Translations under genes and position numbers: made by a program | In this document: positions 15,309 through 29,000 of the stretch, one piece after another | How the letters are laid out: each line of letters begins with the position of its first letter | How positions within the stretch are numbered: the first letter of the stretch is position 1 | Source: the human T2T-CHM13v2.0 reference genome, Homo sapiens | Direction: 5' to 3' (one strand) | NCBI RefSeq assembly: GCF_009914755.1 | Contig: NC_060939.1 | DNA length: 64,000 nucleotides | Notes under the pieces: generated by a model | What the model saw: the letters and a program-made list of their open reading frames with translations, nothing else | Told to the model about the DNA's origin: nothing | Database searches by the model: none

Positions 15309-15539
15309 TGTTAAAATAATTTAAAGTGAGGAAGTTTACTATATGTAAGTGCTTTTGATCCGTTTGTTAATTTATGTCCTAAATAGATTACTGAATTCAT
15401 ATGTTTCTAATAAATAAACTAAATAAAACATTTAAAAAATCATAATTTAAAGACATGGCAGTTGACGCAGGCAACCAGAATTCTTAAGCAATAACTGAAA
15501 TAGTAAAACACAAAAATATACCTAATTAAAATCTGGTTT

Positions 15540-15600
15540 ACATATGTAACTAACCTGCACAATGTGCACATGTACCCTAAAACTTAAAGTATAATAAAAA
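15540..15600 (+). mobile_element. Extremely 5'-truncated young L1 (L1PA2/L1HS-type 3' terminus), 61 bp
   Basis: acatatgtaactaacctgcacaatgtgcacatgtaccctaaaacttaaagtataataaaaa; perfect TSD aaaatctggttt at 15528-15539 and 15601-15612; TT/AAAA site. Confidence 0.92.
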
Positions 15601-16444
15601 AAAATCTGGTTTTAAGCTATTACTGACCTAATTTTAAAATATAGTCATCAAATAAAAGTCAAAATAAAAACGAACCTATAAGTTTCTTAAATTCTGAAGT
15701 AGTCATTTCAAGTAGTAATTTCAAATTGTTTCGTAATTTTTCAGAACTGTCTCTTATAATTCAAGTGAACTTTATTACATTCATTATTTGGTATAAACTT
15801 CTTGAACTTTCAGTTCTATATAAGTTAAGCATTATTTGTGTATGTTTTTTAATAGTAACGATTGCTTTTATTTTTGAATATAATTTTCAAAGCTCGACCA
15901 GTTATTTTGTATCACAATTATGATTAGGCTTGTATTTTAAAACTTGGTGGTTTTAACTCAATTGTAGATCATTTCATTTTTATATTAAAATCTGTGTATT
16001 CATAGGTTATTATGCAGCAGGTCTGTTTCTTGGGAGACAGCTTCTCACAGCTTCTAATGAAGAAGCAGCAAAATAAAACCTAGAGGCAATCTTGCTTGTT
16101 TAGGTTTTCTGCAGGGAAAAAAATTAATTTTCTATAGAGATAAGAATTTCTCTCAGATTTTAAAAGAGCATTTTGTTGCTGGACTAGGAATACACTTTGT
16201 GGATTTAATTCTCACTTATGTCTTGGGGGGAAAATCAGATGTAAATAGGACCTGAGGCTCTAACATGAAACTCTTAATGACATGTGTAAAAGCTATTTGA
16301 GCAAAAAAGGTCCGTACCAAACGATGGCTCAGTTGTATTACCAAGCAGCCTAGTCACCTTGCTCATGAACTAGATGGGATTTACTAGGATCAAGCTCATT
16401 TATTTAATATTTACTTCAAAACTAGCAGCATCTTCATACTTTTA

Positions 16445-19400
16445 AAAATTTCCATTTATATTTTAGATTTGGGAGAACATGTACAGATTTGTTAAAGGAT
16501 ATATTGCGTGGTGCTAAGGTTTACGCTTCTATTAACCTCATCATCCAGGTAGTGAACATAGTGCCCAATAGAAACTTTTTCAGCCTTTGCCTTCCCTCTC
16601 CCTCCTTTCAAAGTCCTCATTGTCTATTGTTCCCATCTTTATGTCTGTGTGAATCCAAGATTTAGCTTCCACTTTTAAGTGAGAGCATGTGATATTTGCT
16701 TTTCTGTGTCTGCATTAGTTCACATAGCATAAATGCCTCCAGCCACACCCATGTTGCTGTAAAGGGCTTGGTTTTGTTCTTTTCGTGGCCATGTAGTATT
16801 CCATGGTGTTTATGTATACCACATTTTCTTTATCCAATCCATCATTGATGGGCACCTAGGTTGATTTCACATCTTTCCTATTGTAAATAGTGCTGCAATG
16901 AACATAGGAGTGCATATTATCTTTTTGGAAGAATGATTTATTTTCCTTTGGGTAAATATACTCAGTAATGGAATTGCTGGGTCAAATAGTAGTTCTACTT
17001 TTAGTTCTTTACGAGCTCTCCAAACTGCTTTCCACAGTGGCTGAACTAATTTACATTCCCATAAACAGTATATAAGCGTTCCCTTTTCTCTACAACCTTG
17101 CCAATATCTATTATTTTTAACTTTTCACTAATCACCATTCTGAGTGGCTTGAGATAGTACCTCAGTTGAGTTTTAATTTGCATTTCTCTGATGATTAGTG
17201 ATATTGAGCACTTTTTCATGTATTTGTTAGTGGCTTGTATGTCTTCTTTTGGGAAGTCTCTGTTCATGTCCTTTGCCTACTTTTTAATGGGATTGTTTGT
17301 TTTTTTTCTTGTTGATTTTTTTAAGTTCCTTATAGATTCTGGGTTATTTGTTGGATGCAGAGTTTGCAAATATTTTCTCCCATTCTTTAGGATGTCTGTT
17401 TACTCGTTGAGAGTTTCTTTTGCTTTGTGGGAGCTCTTTAGTTTAATTAAATCTCATTTGTCTATTTTTGATTTGTTGCATTTGCTTTTGGGATCTTCAT
17501 CATACATTCTTTGCCTAAGACAATGTCTAGAAGAGTATTTCCTAGACTTTCTTCTATAATTTTAATAGTTTGACACCATACATTTAAGTTTTTATCCATA
17601 TTGAATTAATTTGTGTATATGATGAGAAGTAGGGGGCCATTCTCATTCTTCTGCATATGGCTAGCCAGTTTTCCCAGCACCATTCATTAAATAGGGTGTC
17701 CTTTCCCCATTGTTTATTTTTGTCAACTTTGTTGAAGATGAGTTGTTTGTAGGTATGCAGCATTATTTCGGGGGTTTCTATTCTGTTTCATTGGTCTATG
17801 TGTCTATTTTTGAACCAGTACCATGCTGCTTTTGTTACTGTAGCCTTATAGTATAGTTTGAAGACCTGTAATGTGAGAAAGGTCTGAAGCTTTGTTGTTT
17901 TTGTCTAGGGTTGGCCTTGGCCATTTGTGCTCTTTTTTGGTTCCATATGAATTTTAGAATAGGTTTTTCTAATTATGTGAAAAAGTGATGTTCACAATTT
18001 GATAGAAAGTGTGTTGAAACTATAGATCACTTTGGGCAATATGGCCATTTTAACAATATGGATTCTATTAAGCCATGAGCATGGAATGATTTTCCATTTA
18101 TTTGTGTTATCTATACATTCTTTAAGCATTCTTTTGTAGTACTCCTTGTGGAGATCCTTCATCTTCTTTATTAGATGTATTACTAGGTATTTTATTTTTG
18201 TGGACATTGTAAATGGGATTGCATTCTCGATTTGGCTGTCAGCTAGAATGTTACTGATATATAGAAATGCTACTGATTTTTATACATTTATTTTGTATCC
18301 TGAGACTTTGCTGAAGTTATTAACTAGCTCTAGCAGTCTTTTGGAGGAATCTTTAGGGTTTTTGAGGTATAGGATCATATTATCAGTGAAGAGAGATAAT
18401 CTGACTTATTTTTTTATTTGGATGCCTTTTATTTATTTCTCTTGCCTGATTGCTCTGGCTAGGATTTCTAGTACTATAGTGAATAGGAGTGGTGAGAGTG
18501 GACATCTTTATCATGTTCCAGTTCATAGGGGAAATACTTCCAGCTTGTGCTCATTACATATGATATTGGCTGTAGGCTTGACATAGATGGCTCTTATTAT
18601 TTTGAGATATATTCCTTGAATGCCTAGTTTGTCAAGGATTTTTATCATGAAGGGATGTTGTATTTTACTGAATGCTTTTTCTGTATCTATTGAGATGATC
18701 ACATAATTTTTGCTTTTTAAATTCTGTTTATGGGGTGTATCACATTAATTGATTGGCATATATTTAACCATCCTTGCATCCCAGGAATAAAGCCTACTTG
18801 ATCATAGTGAATTATCTTTTTGATGTGCTGCTAGATTCTTTCCGCTAGTATTTTGTTGGGGATTTTTGCATCTTTGTTCATCAGGGATACTGGCTTATAG
18901 TTTTTATTTTCGGTTGTGTCTTTGCCAGAATTTTCGTAACAAGATGACACTGGTTTCATAGAATGAGTTGGGGAAAAGTCTCTCCTCCTAGATTTTTTGG
19001 AATAGTTCCAGTAGGATTGGTACCAGCTCTTTTTGTAGAATTTGGCTGACCCATCTCTTCCAGGGCTTTTTTCCTTTTTGATTAGTGGGTTTTTAAAAAA
19101 AAATTACTGTTTCAATTTTTTTACTCCTTATTGTCCTGCGCAGGATTTTTCTTCCTTCCTGGTTCAATCTTGGGAGTCGGTGTGTTTGCAGGAATTTATT
19201 CATTTTCTCTAGATTTCATATTTTATGTGCATAGAAATGCTCACAGTAGTCTCTGAGGATCTTTTCTATATTTGTGAGATTGGTTGGATGTCACCTTTGT
19301 TAACTTTGTGCTTATTTGGATTTTTGTTGTTGTTGTTGTTGTTAATTGAGCCTAGTGGTCTATATATCTTGTCCTTTCAAAGAATAAACTTTTCATTTTA

Positions 19401-22400
19401 ATGATTCTGTTTGTGTTTTTGGGGGTCTCAATTTCATAAAGTTCTGCTCTGATTTTAGTTATTTTCTTCTGCTAGCTTTCGGTTTTTTTTTTTTTGGTCT
19501 AGATTCTTCAGGTGTGAAATTGAATTGTTAATTTAAGATATTTCTATCTTATTGATGTAGGTGTTTAGTGCTATAAACTTTCCTCTTAACACTGCTTTTC
19601 CCATATCCCAGAGGTTTTGGTATGTTGTGTCTATATTTTCATTTGTTTCAAAGAACTTTTTGATTTCTGCCTTAATTTTATTGTTTACTCAAAAGTCATT
19701 CAGGAATAAGTTGTTTAATATTCATATATTTATGTGGTTTTGAGTTCCTCTTGGTATTTATTTCTATTTTTATTCCATTGTGGTCTGAGGAGATGCTTGG
19801 TGTAATTTTGAGTTGTTTGACTTTACTCAGACTTGCTGTATGGCCAAGGATATGGTCAACGTTTGAGTATGTTTCATGTGCAGACGAGAAGAATGTATAT
19901 TCTAGTTTTTGAATGTAGTATTCGGTAGATGTCTATTAGGTTCGATTGGTCAAGTATTAGAGTCCAGAGTTTGTTAGTTTTCTGCCTCGATGATGTGTTT
20001 AATGCTGTCAGTGTTGTCTGGATGTCTCCCATTATTATTGTGTGGCTACCAGAGTCTTAAGTTTAGAAGTAACTTTTTAATAAATCTGGATGCTCCAATG
20101 TTGGATGCATATTTATTTAAAACAGTTAAGTCTTTTTGTTGAACTGAAATTTTTATCACCATGTAATGTCCTTCTTTGTCCTTTTTTACTGTTGTTGGTT
20201 TAAAGTCTATTTAATCTGATACAAGAATAGTGAATCCTGCTCTTTTTGGTTTTACATTTGCTTGATGGATCTTTCTCTACCTTCCCTTCTTTTGACCTTA
20301 TGGGTGTTTTTATATGTGAGATGGGTCTCTTGCAGATAGCAGAAATATGGGTTTTGTTTTTTTAAATCCAATTTATCACGCTGTGTCTTTTAAGGGGGGC
20401 ATTTAGGCTGTTTACATTCAATGTTAATTTTGACATGTGAGGTTTTATCCCTGTCATAGTGTTAACTGGTTGCTTTGTAGTCTTGGTTGTGTAGTTGCTC
20501 TGTAGGGTCTGTAGGTATGTGCTTATGTGTGCTTTTGTGGTAGCAATTATTCTTTCATTTCTATGTTTAGAGATCACTTAAGCATCTCTTGTGGGGCTGG
20601 TCTGGTTGTGACAAATACCCTTCCTGATTGCTTATCTGGAACTTTATTTCTTCTTTGTTTATGAAGCTTAGTTTGACAGGATATGAAATTCTTGAGTGGC
20701 ATTTCTTTTCTTTAAGAATGCTAAAACTAAGCCCTCCATGTCTTCTGGTTTATAAGATTTCTGCTGAAAAGTCCACTGTTAGTCTGATGGGTTTCTTCTT
20801 TTTAGGTAATATGACCCTTTTCTCTAGCTGCCTTTACAATTTTTTGTTTTGTGTTGACTTTGAATAGTCTGATGACCATGTACCTGGAAGATTGTCATCT
20901 TGTATAGTATCTCACAGGAGTTCTCTGGACTTCTTGTATATACATGCTAACTTTTCTAGCAAGATTGCGGAGGTTTTGCTGAATTATATCCTCAAATATG
21001 TTTTCCAAGTTGCTTACTTTCTGTTCTTCTCTCTCAGGAATGCCAATACATCATATATTTGGTGGCTTTATATAACTTGATATTTCTCAAAGGCTTTATT
21101 GATTTTGCTTTAATTCTTTTTTTCTTATTTTTGCCTGACTGGGCAGGTTTGAAGAATCAGTCTTCAAGCTCTGAAATTCTTTATTCTGCCTGGTCTAGTC
21201 TGTTGTTAAGGCTACAGCTGTATTTTGACACTCCTGTAGTGAATTTTTCAATTCTAGAAGTTTTGTTAGGCCTTTTATCTTATTTTTGACATATCTATGT
21301 TGTCTTTCAAATCTTGGATCATTTTGTTTTGTGTGAGATTTCAACTTTCGCTTGGATCTCATTGAGTTTCTTTGCCATCAATATTATGAATTCTATACAT
21401 GTCATTTCAGACATTACATTCTGGTTAGAAGCCATTATTGCTTGGGAGCTAGTGAGATCCTTTGGAGGTGACAAAATACTCTAGCTTTTTGTATTGCCAG
21501 AGTTCTTGTGCAAATGAGAAGAAATCTCATTTGAGAGAGCTGATTCTTCCTTTTAAAAAAATGCTAATGTTTGTATGGGGCTTTTTAATTTTTTTAATTC
21601 TTTTTTCCTTTGGGGGTATGACTGTGGTATATCTTGTGTATGGTCTATTGGGTTTGTTTCTGGATGCTTTCAGGGTGCCAAGGCTCTGTATGTATGGGTT
21701 CCTTGGTTGTGGACAAGTTCATGTAGTGGCTTTCTCCGTGGTCACTTGTGGCAGTGATGTAATTTTGTTTAGTGATTATTATTGTGTGGCTACCAGAGTC
21801 TTTTTTTAAGTTTAGAAGTAATTTTTTTAGTAAATCTGGATTCTCCAATGTTGGATGCGTATTTATTTAAAATCGTTAAGTCTTTTTATTGAATTGAAAC
21901 TGCAGTCCATTAGGTGGCAGTTAAGAGTAAGAGCCAGCCAATAAGGGCAGGGCAAAGGGAATGGAGAAGCATGAAAAGCACCCTTCCCCAGCATACATTT
22001 TTCACCTTCAATGGGGTTGGAACCACTGTATAAGCCTAAGAAGCATTTTCTTTCACCCCACACTCCCTGTGCTCTGATAAGAGCCACTGTTGAGCCTGCA
22101 AGAGTGCACAGAGTAAGGAGGCCAGAGGGTGAGAGATGACAGCCTCTTCATATCCGTTTCTGGGTTATGGTGGTGCCGCCTTCAGCAGCTGGTGCTGTAC
22201 TTGCATTTCCTTGGGCACAAGGGGGGCTTTGGCAGGCTACACTCCCCTCTCCCTTAGGAACAGACTATGCTGAGGGTTAGATCTCCAGTGCTGGGTGTTT
22301 TTAGTGGCAAAAGAAAAGTTCACCGGTTATAGCCTCTGTAGGATGGCTTATCCAAGTGCTGGTTTCAGTAGTGATGTACTGGGCATGTGAGCAGACTCAC

Positions 22401-23090
22401 TACATCCCGTGGGGTTAAGGTGGCTGTGGTCACAGGAGGTGTATCTTGTTCCCTAGTGCTGTGTGCTTGTGACAGATTTCCTATTATGTTATGTTGTTCA
22501 ACCTCCAGGCCAATAGGTGGCTCTTATGGGTTAGAGCTGGCTACAGCCAACGTGGAAGGGCATATACTTGATCCTTTTTTACTGGGAGAAGCTCTCTGTT
22601 GGCTCAGGCAATGGGCTGATCTGTGAAGTGCACAGTGGTCTGAGCTCCCTGTTCAGCCCTGGATGGGGGCGGGGGGCGGGGAACCAAGATGTGCAGGCCC
22701 TCCTAGGAATCTTCCCAATGGTAGGCACAAGTGCCAGTGCTGACGGAGAATCCAGTGGGTGGCCACCAAGTGCCTAGAGGTTTGCCTAGGTATGGACCTG
22801 GGAAACCTCCTCAACCCCAAGTTCTCTGCATGGGGAGGAAGGGAGGCCTAAACTCCTAACCAGGTGCTACAAGTGCCTGGAGATCTGCCTGGACAGGGAG
22901 CGGAGAGGGCCTTGCTGCACCACAATCTGTGCACAGGAAGGGTGGGGCAGCTCAGGTGGCTAATTCAGGCAGCAAGTGCTCTGAATGCCTGGAGACGTGC
23001 CTGGGAGTAGAGTGGGGAGGGCATCAGTGCCCCACAGTCTACACATAAGACGGGTGAAGTGGCTAGGCTGCTGATCCAGGGCATGCTAGA
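16445..23090 (-). mobile_element. Near-full-length degraded L1 (L1PA15/16-like)
   Basis: Antisense 3'UTR at 16445; ORF2 peptides ([63 protein letters not shown]); ORF1 region ~20550-21500; GC-richer 5'UTR to ~23090. Confidence 0.93.
22750..23085 (-). repeat. About 3 diverged ~110-120 bp tandem units in the L1 5'UTR
   Basis: Recurring aagtgcctagaggtttgcctagg / aagtgcctggagatctgcctgg / aatgcctggagacgtgcctgg. Confidence 0.7.
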
Positions 23091-23099
23091 AGGGGGCAT

Positions 23100-23295
23100 A
23101 TTGAAGCTAATTTTAGCAGGTTTGGAGTTTCTTGTGGAGGAAGATAGAACATTTCTGGAAATAGATAGTGGTAGTGGTTGCACAACATGGCAAATACACT
23201 AAAGACTACTGAATGGATACCTTAAAATGGTGAATTTTGAGTTTATTCAAACTTTAATAAATTTAGTATATCGCAATAAAAATACTATCAAAAAA
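23100..23295 (+). mobile_element. L1MB-like 3' end fragment
   Basis: ttctggaaatagatagtggtagtggttgcacaaca...cttaaaatggtgaatttt...caataaa. Confidence 0.75.
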
Positions 23296-24155
23296 GAGAG
23301 GTAAATAAATTCTAGTTCATCTAACTTCTGCCTTATCACAATGGCTGTTATGTGACTAGATATTTCTAAAGATCTTAAAATGATTTGTTATCTATGTAGA
23401 TTAAATTTATAAATATATATATGTATGTGTATATATATATATTTGCTATTCTGTAATTTGCCAAGCTCTTCCCTATTATATGTCTTATAACAACTTTAAA
23501 GTTAGACCACTTCATGTAAAGGAAATTTCACTGTTATGAGTAACTAATCTACTTTAAGCAGTGGGTGAGGGTGCGTGTATCCATGCATATGCTAACGTGT
23601 GTGTAGTAGTATTTTCACTACTTGGCATGCACCTAAAATATGTATTTGCAACATCATATTTTTACTGTTATTTACTGAACACCTGGTGCTTGTACAACCT
23701 GTCCTAAGTGCTCAAGAAACATAAATTGTGATCTCTGTTGTAAAGAGCCAGCCAGCACATCTGGGAAACAAAACATAACATGTTTCCTTCTCTCAGCCAA
23801 TTGAGAGAAGGAAAACCCAGGGCCAAACCAAGCAGGAGGTGCAATAGTGACCATTATAGGCATTCAGAAGAAGGGAAATAAAGTCTCCAGGAGAAGATGG
23901 GTCTTTGGATGTAGAAGAGTGAGATATCTGAGAAAAAGAGAAGAGAGCAAAGACTCAGGAGCCGGAAGGCCATGGGGAGTTTGCTTAGCACCTGGCCTCT
24001 GTGGAGGTCAAAGCAATTTCCTCCCACCTTCATTTTTCTATAGTCTGCTAGGGTCTCGGAGTATTTATCCTGAGTAAGGATATCTTATTTCAGAGAGAGG
24101 ACAATCAAGGTGCTGAGATTTTTAAAGGAGGGTTCAGATAAAAGTAAATTAAGCT

Positions 24156-24463
<308 letters not shown>

Positions 24464-24877
24464 TTAAGCTATAATACATTAAAGAGATTTTCAAAAGAAG
24501 GATCTGTGGCTTGCCTGGAATATTCTCTTGCCTCCCAGAACTTCCAGCCAGCTTCTGGTAAGAGAGATCATTAAAAAGAAAATTTAAGTTGTTTTTAAAG
24601 CATCAATTTCCAATTAGAACATGTTCAAACTGCAATACTAGGAAAATAGAGGGCTTTTGTAGCCTGTAGATTTTTCTTTCCAGTGTACTGAGAGAAACTG
24701 GAGTTTTAAACAAATTCAAATGAAAATTTAGCAAACTAAATAATAATTCAGAACAATATATCTGTTAGGATGTGTTCTGCTTTCTAAAAAAAATGGAAAG
24801 GTGTACATCAAAGAAGTGAATCTAAATGTAGAAATTAAAAATGTATTTGTACTTGGGTATAGAAGAGTGGCAGTTTT

Positions 24878-25181
<304 letters not shown>

Positions 25182-25695
25182 GAAGATTGGTGGTTTTATC
25201 TATGTTTATCTATGTGGTAGCGGCAGTACAGAGGCAATTGGTGTAGGAGTACCAAAACTAAATGGTTATCACTCTGTATCTGTTTACCACTTGTCTTTGA
25301 CTTGGCTATATCCCTTGCCTCAGTTAAACCAACAGTGCAACCCACTATGTGTGAAGCATTATTCTGGACACAGAAGGGGAGACAGATGTGGTAAGGCACA
25401 TTTCATAATGTCAAGCTGCTTACTCCGCAGACACACATTTTCTATAGTTTGTTCCGTGGAACACTGTCTTGGAAGTTACTCCACAAAGAAGAGTTTGATA
25501 TCTAAACTGATTTGGGAATCCCCTATATCCCAGAGCTTCCTCTTGAAGATTGACAGTTCTTACTAGCATAAGAAAAGCACCAACACACACACACACATAA
25601 GAGAAGAGACATGCTTAACTCAGAACTCACTGTACATTTCTCCTTTAGGAGCCTAAAGCTAGTGACCTGCAGTATACACTAAGAAAAGTTAAGAT

Positions 25696-25903
25696 CAGTG
25701 CTGTCCAACAAAACTTTATGCAGTGTTGGAAATGTTTTATACCTGTGCTGTGCAATATGGTAGCTAGTAGGCACATGCAGCCACAGAGCACTTTAAATGT
25801 GGCCAGTATGATTGGGGAACATCATCTTTAACTTTATTAATTTTAATTACTTTAAATTTAAACAGCCACACATGGCCAATGGCTACCATATTGGGCTGTG
25901 CAG
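25696..25903 (+). mobile_element. MER3 (hAT-Charlie MITE)
   Basis: cagtgctgtccaa...gagcactttaaatgtggc...ggctaccatattgggctgtgcag followed by ctctaga. Confidence 0.88.
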
Positions 25904-27874
25904 CTCTAGATTATTAAATGTAATTCTTTTAGAGAGTCTTTTAATATAAACTTAAATTGTACACTATTTGGCATGGGGAGAAAAGCGGGACACGTTGGGA
26001 AGTTTTGAGAGAGTTATCAAAAGTTCAACCGATGCTATTATTTTTGAAAGTTCTAGCACCTGAAAATGCCTTTCCAAAATCTTTGGAAGTCTTTTAGTTT
26101 CAAAAAGTGGATCTGTCTCAACACGTGTATAACTCTTTAACATAATTGCACTTCCATTGCTCTGGGTAAATTAGGTATCCTGCTCTAAGCCTTCAGGCTG
26201 TGATGCAGACACCAAGCTATACTCAGATGAGACTCACATCTGACAGTCCAGGGGATCCCTGGACGTACTGCCAGGCAAAGACATTGTTAAATGACTTGAC
26301 ATACAGTAATTCTAAAATATTCGTTATCAAAGGTTTCTTTCCTCAAAGTTTCTGTTTTACTTCTATATTTATTTTGGCTAAAATATGTCTTTCTGGTTTT
26401 TATATTACGAATAACATTAACCCAGCTAAATATTTTCAGGTTAAATAGAATCAGTGGTGATCCTGGGAAGGCTGTAAAAATGGCAGTTTTTATTTGTTTA
26501 TTCCTTTTCTTACGATGTTTGGCTTTTGATGTCTTCAGAAGGCTTTAGAACACATCCAAATTTTTCACATATTGACTCATTTTTAACTTTTTCTGCGGAT
26601 GTCCTGAGCCCCCGATGCCTCCCTCCAAGGGCTTCATGCTTTTGTAGCTCCAGCTTCACTTACTGTTCACAGAGCATTTCTGTTTGTCCTACAGATAGAA
26701 AAGGTCCTGGAACAAGGGTCACACCAAGAGAGAAAAGAGTGGCGTCTCCAACCCTAGTAATGGCTAAGCTCCCATCTCTTCCACTAAAAGTGTCTCGGGA
26801 AGAGCTGGCTGTATGGCAAAGAAGATGGGTATTTCTATATGAATCAATTGCCTTGAATAACCTCAAGAGAAGAGCTGCAGACTTTCTCCATTCCATAAAT
26901 GTATAGAAATTATGATCAATAGAAATTGAGAACTGCAGCCTTCAACGAGAAACCCTCTGAAAGACTATGTATTCATTAGACATCCTTTTATTTACTTTGT
27001 GGTTTAGGTAAGTAAGGTCAACGTAACTTCAGAAATAACACTAACCCTTCAAGGCTGAATCAAAATTTATGGTAGGCAACCACAAACGAAAAGCCTGATT
27101 TGCTTTCACTGAGTTTAGCTGGTTAGACCCTGGTATTCTCAGGAATAACTAAAATGTTTCATTGCCTCATAGGCAAACTTGTAACTCCTCTGGTTGGATC
27201 AGAAAATGAATCCATATATGGATTCAATTAGATATTACTGCTGATAATTGTTAGCAAGACTTTCTTCATTTTCCTCCTAATAAGAACATGCTTACTATTG
27301 CATAAATTAGAATCTGGCTCTATTGTTGGGGAGGAGCAGCAAAAACTGAATAGATCAGCTTAGTTTGGAGTCTGAGTCAGGATTTTCACTCATACTCATA
27401 CACTTACTAGAAATAAAATCAAGTCTCAGTCCATTAACTGCCTGTAAAATCTTACATTAGAAAGTAGGGTGGTGTGTATTGTATATGCACTGATAAATGT
27501 TGCTTTATTTATGTAAGCCTTAGCCCGGAAAAGTAGCCCTTGAGGAGAAGTAAAGATGAATTTCAAGGCGCTACCAAAATAATGGTTCATAGCATCATTA
27601 TCATTTTCTCAAATCCTTGGAAATCTTTTCTGTAGAAACTCTCATGGCTGCTACATAAGATCAGAATTTAGGTAACTGGTTTCTCTGAACTTAAGAAAAA
27701 CCATTCTAGGTCAGCCGAATAGTCCAAATGGTCAATACTTTATTTGGCATTTCTCAGACGGTGAAATCTACGGATAGATTGGTTGCTGTCTTAAAACATT
27801 GTGTTGTCCAAATCCCTCAGCAGTCTGGTAAGGTGTACCGTCTGTGAATTCAGCTCAACTTTTATGTTACCCTG

Positions 27875-28207
27875 TGCTGTGGTCGGAATGTTTCCCCTGA
27901 AGTTCATATAGTAAAATCTTATCACTCAAGGTGATGGTATTAAAAGGTAGGGTCTTTGGAGAGTTATCAGATCATGATGGCAGAGCCCTCATCAATAGGA
28001 TTACTGCCCTATAAAAGAGGCCTAAGGAAGCTTGTTTGACCCTTCCGTCATGTGAGGACACAGCTCAAAGGCACCATCTATGAACCAGAGATCAAGCCCT
28101 CTCTAGACAACAAATCTGCCAGTGCCTTTATCTTAGACTTTCTAGCCTCCAAAATTGGGAGAACAAAAATCCTGTTGTTTATGAGCTACCTAATTTATAG
28201 TATCTTG
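27875..28207 (+). mobile_element. MLT1A0-like LTR
   Basis: tgctgtggtcggaatg...tataaaagaggc...atgtgaggacacagc...aatctgccagtgcc...tagcctccaaaa. Confidence 0.87.
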
Positions 28208-28218
28208 AAGTTGTGGAC

Positions 28219-28511
28219 CAGTGTCTTTTCAATGTTTTTGACCATGATCCAGAGTAAAAAACATCACAATCCCATACTTCCACACAAATAAAAAAAAGTT
28301 TCATAATTCTACCTACATGTGAGTCACTGGATATTTCCTATGCTATGCTATGCTATGCTATGCTATGCTATGCTATGCTATGCTATGCTATGCTATGCTA
28401 TGCTATGCTGTGCTATTCCCTACCATATTTCACTTTTAAATGCTTATCTCTACTCACACAATGGCTTTCAAATTCACTAATGGGTTGGGATCTGCAGTTT
28501 GAAAAACACTG
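28219..28511. mobile_element. hAT-Charlie-type MITE with terminal inverted repeats
   Basis: cagtgtcttttcaa ... ttgaaaaacactg. Confidence 0.65.
28338..28416. repeat. (CTATG)n pentanucleotide microsatellite, ~15 units
   Basis: Direct ctatgctatgctatg run; explains the MLCYA-repeat ORF. Confidence 0.97.
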
Positions 28512-28529
28512 TAGTATGTATTCTTAAGT

Positions 28530-29000
28530 ACCTGTCTATGTATAGGAGACATATCTGAGTTTGAGGTATAGGCATAGATTAAAAATCAGTATATAGGTAG
28601 TAAGTGGACAAAATGGGCTGGGGAGAGACTATAAAGTGAGAAGAGTAGAAGGCCAATAGTGTAGTTCTGGGGAAATGGCATGGAGGAAGCTCATGCCAGA
28701 GGAGAGTGTGCTATAGAAGCAATTGAATAGATTGTTTTGACAAAGAAGGAATAATGTTCAATGCTGCTAGGCAGTCAAAATAATCAATGCAGTTTCCATT
28801 AGATTAAGGATGTCTAAGTCACTGATCACCTTTGTGTAAGAAATGTCAGGGTGTTAAGGGGAAATATTAGATTTCTGTAGGTTGAAGAAAGAGTAGGAAG
28901 TGAGGAAATAGAAATAGAGACGGACAACTCCTTTAAGAAACTTGTCTCTGAAATAAAGGACTTATGTCAGTAGTATCTGGAGAAGAAAATAAGTGGTGGG
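28530..29000 (-). mobile_element. L2 fragment
   Basis: caatgctgctaggcagtcaa...gtcactgatcacctttg...gacaactcctttaagaaactt. Confidence 0.55.

Noticed and set aside
22750-23085. Repeat units with variable interiors resembling a repeat-spacer array
   Set aside because: They are diverged tandem units within the L1 5'UTR, not identical repeats with unique spacers.
26526-26906. 126-aa ORF in unique sequence
   Set aside because: Non-ATG start, no recognisable domain, and length compatible with chance.
28345-28527. MLCYA-repeat protein
   Set aside because: It is a translation of the (CTATG)n microsatellite.
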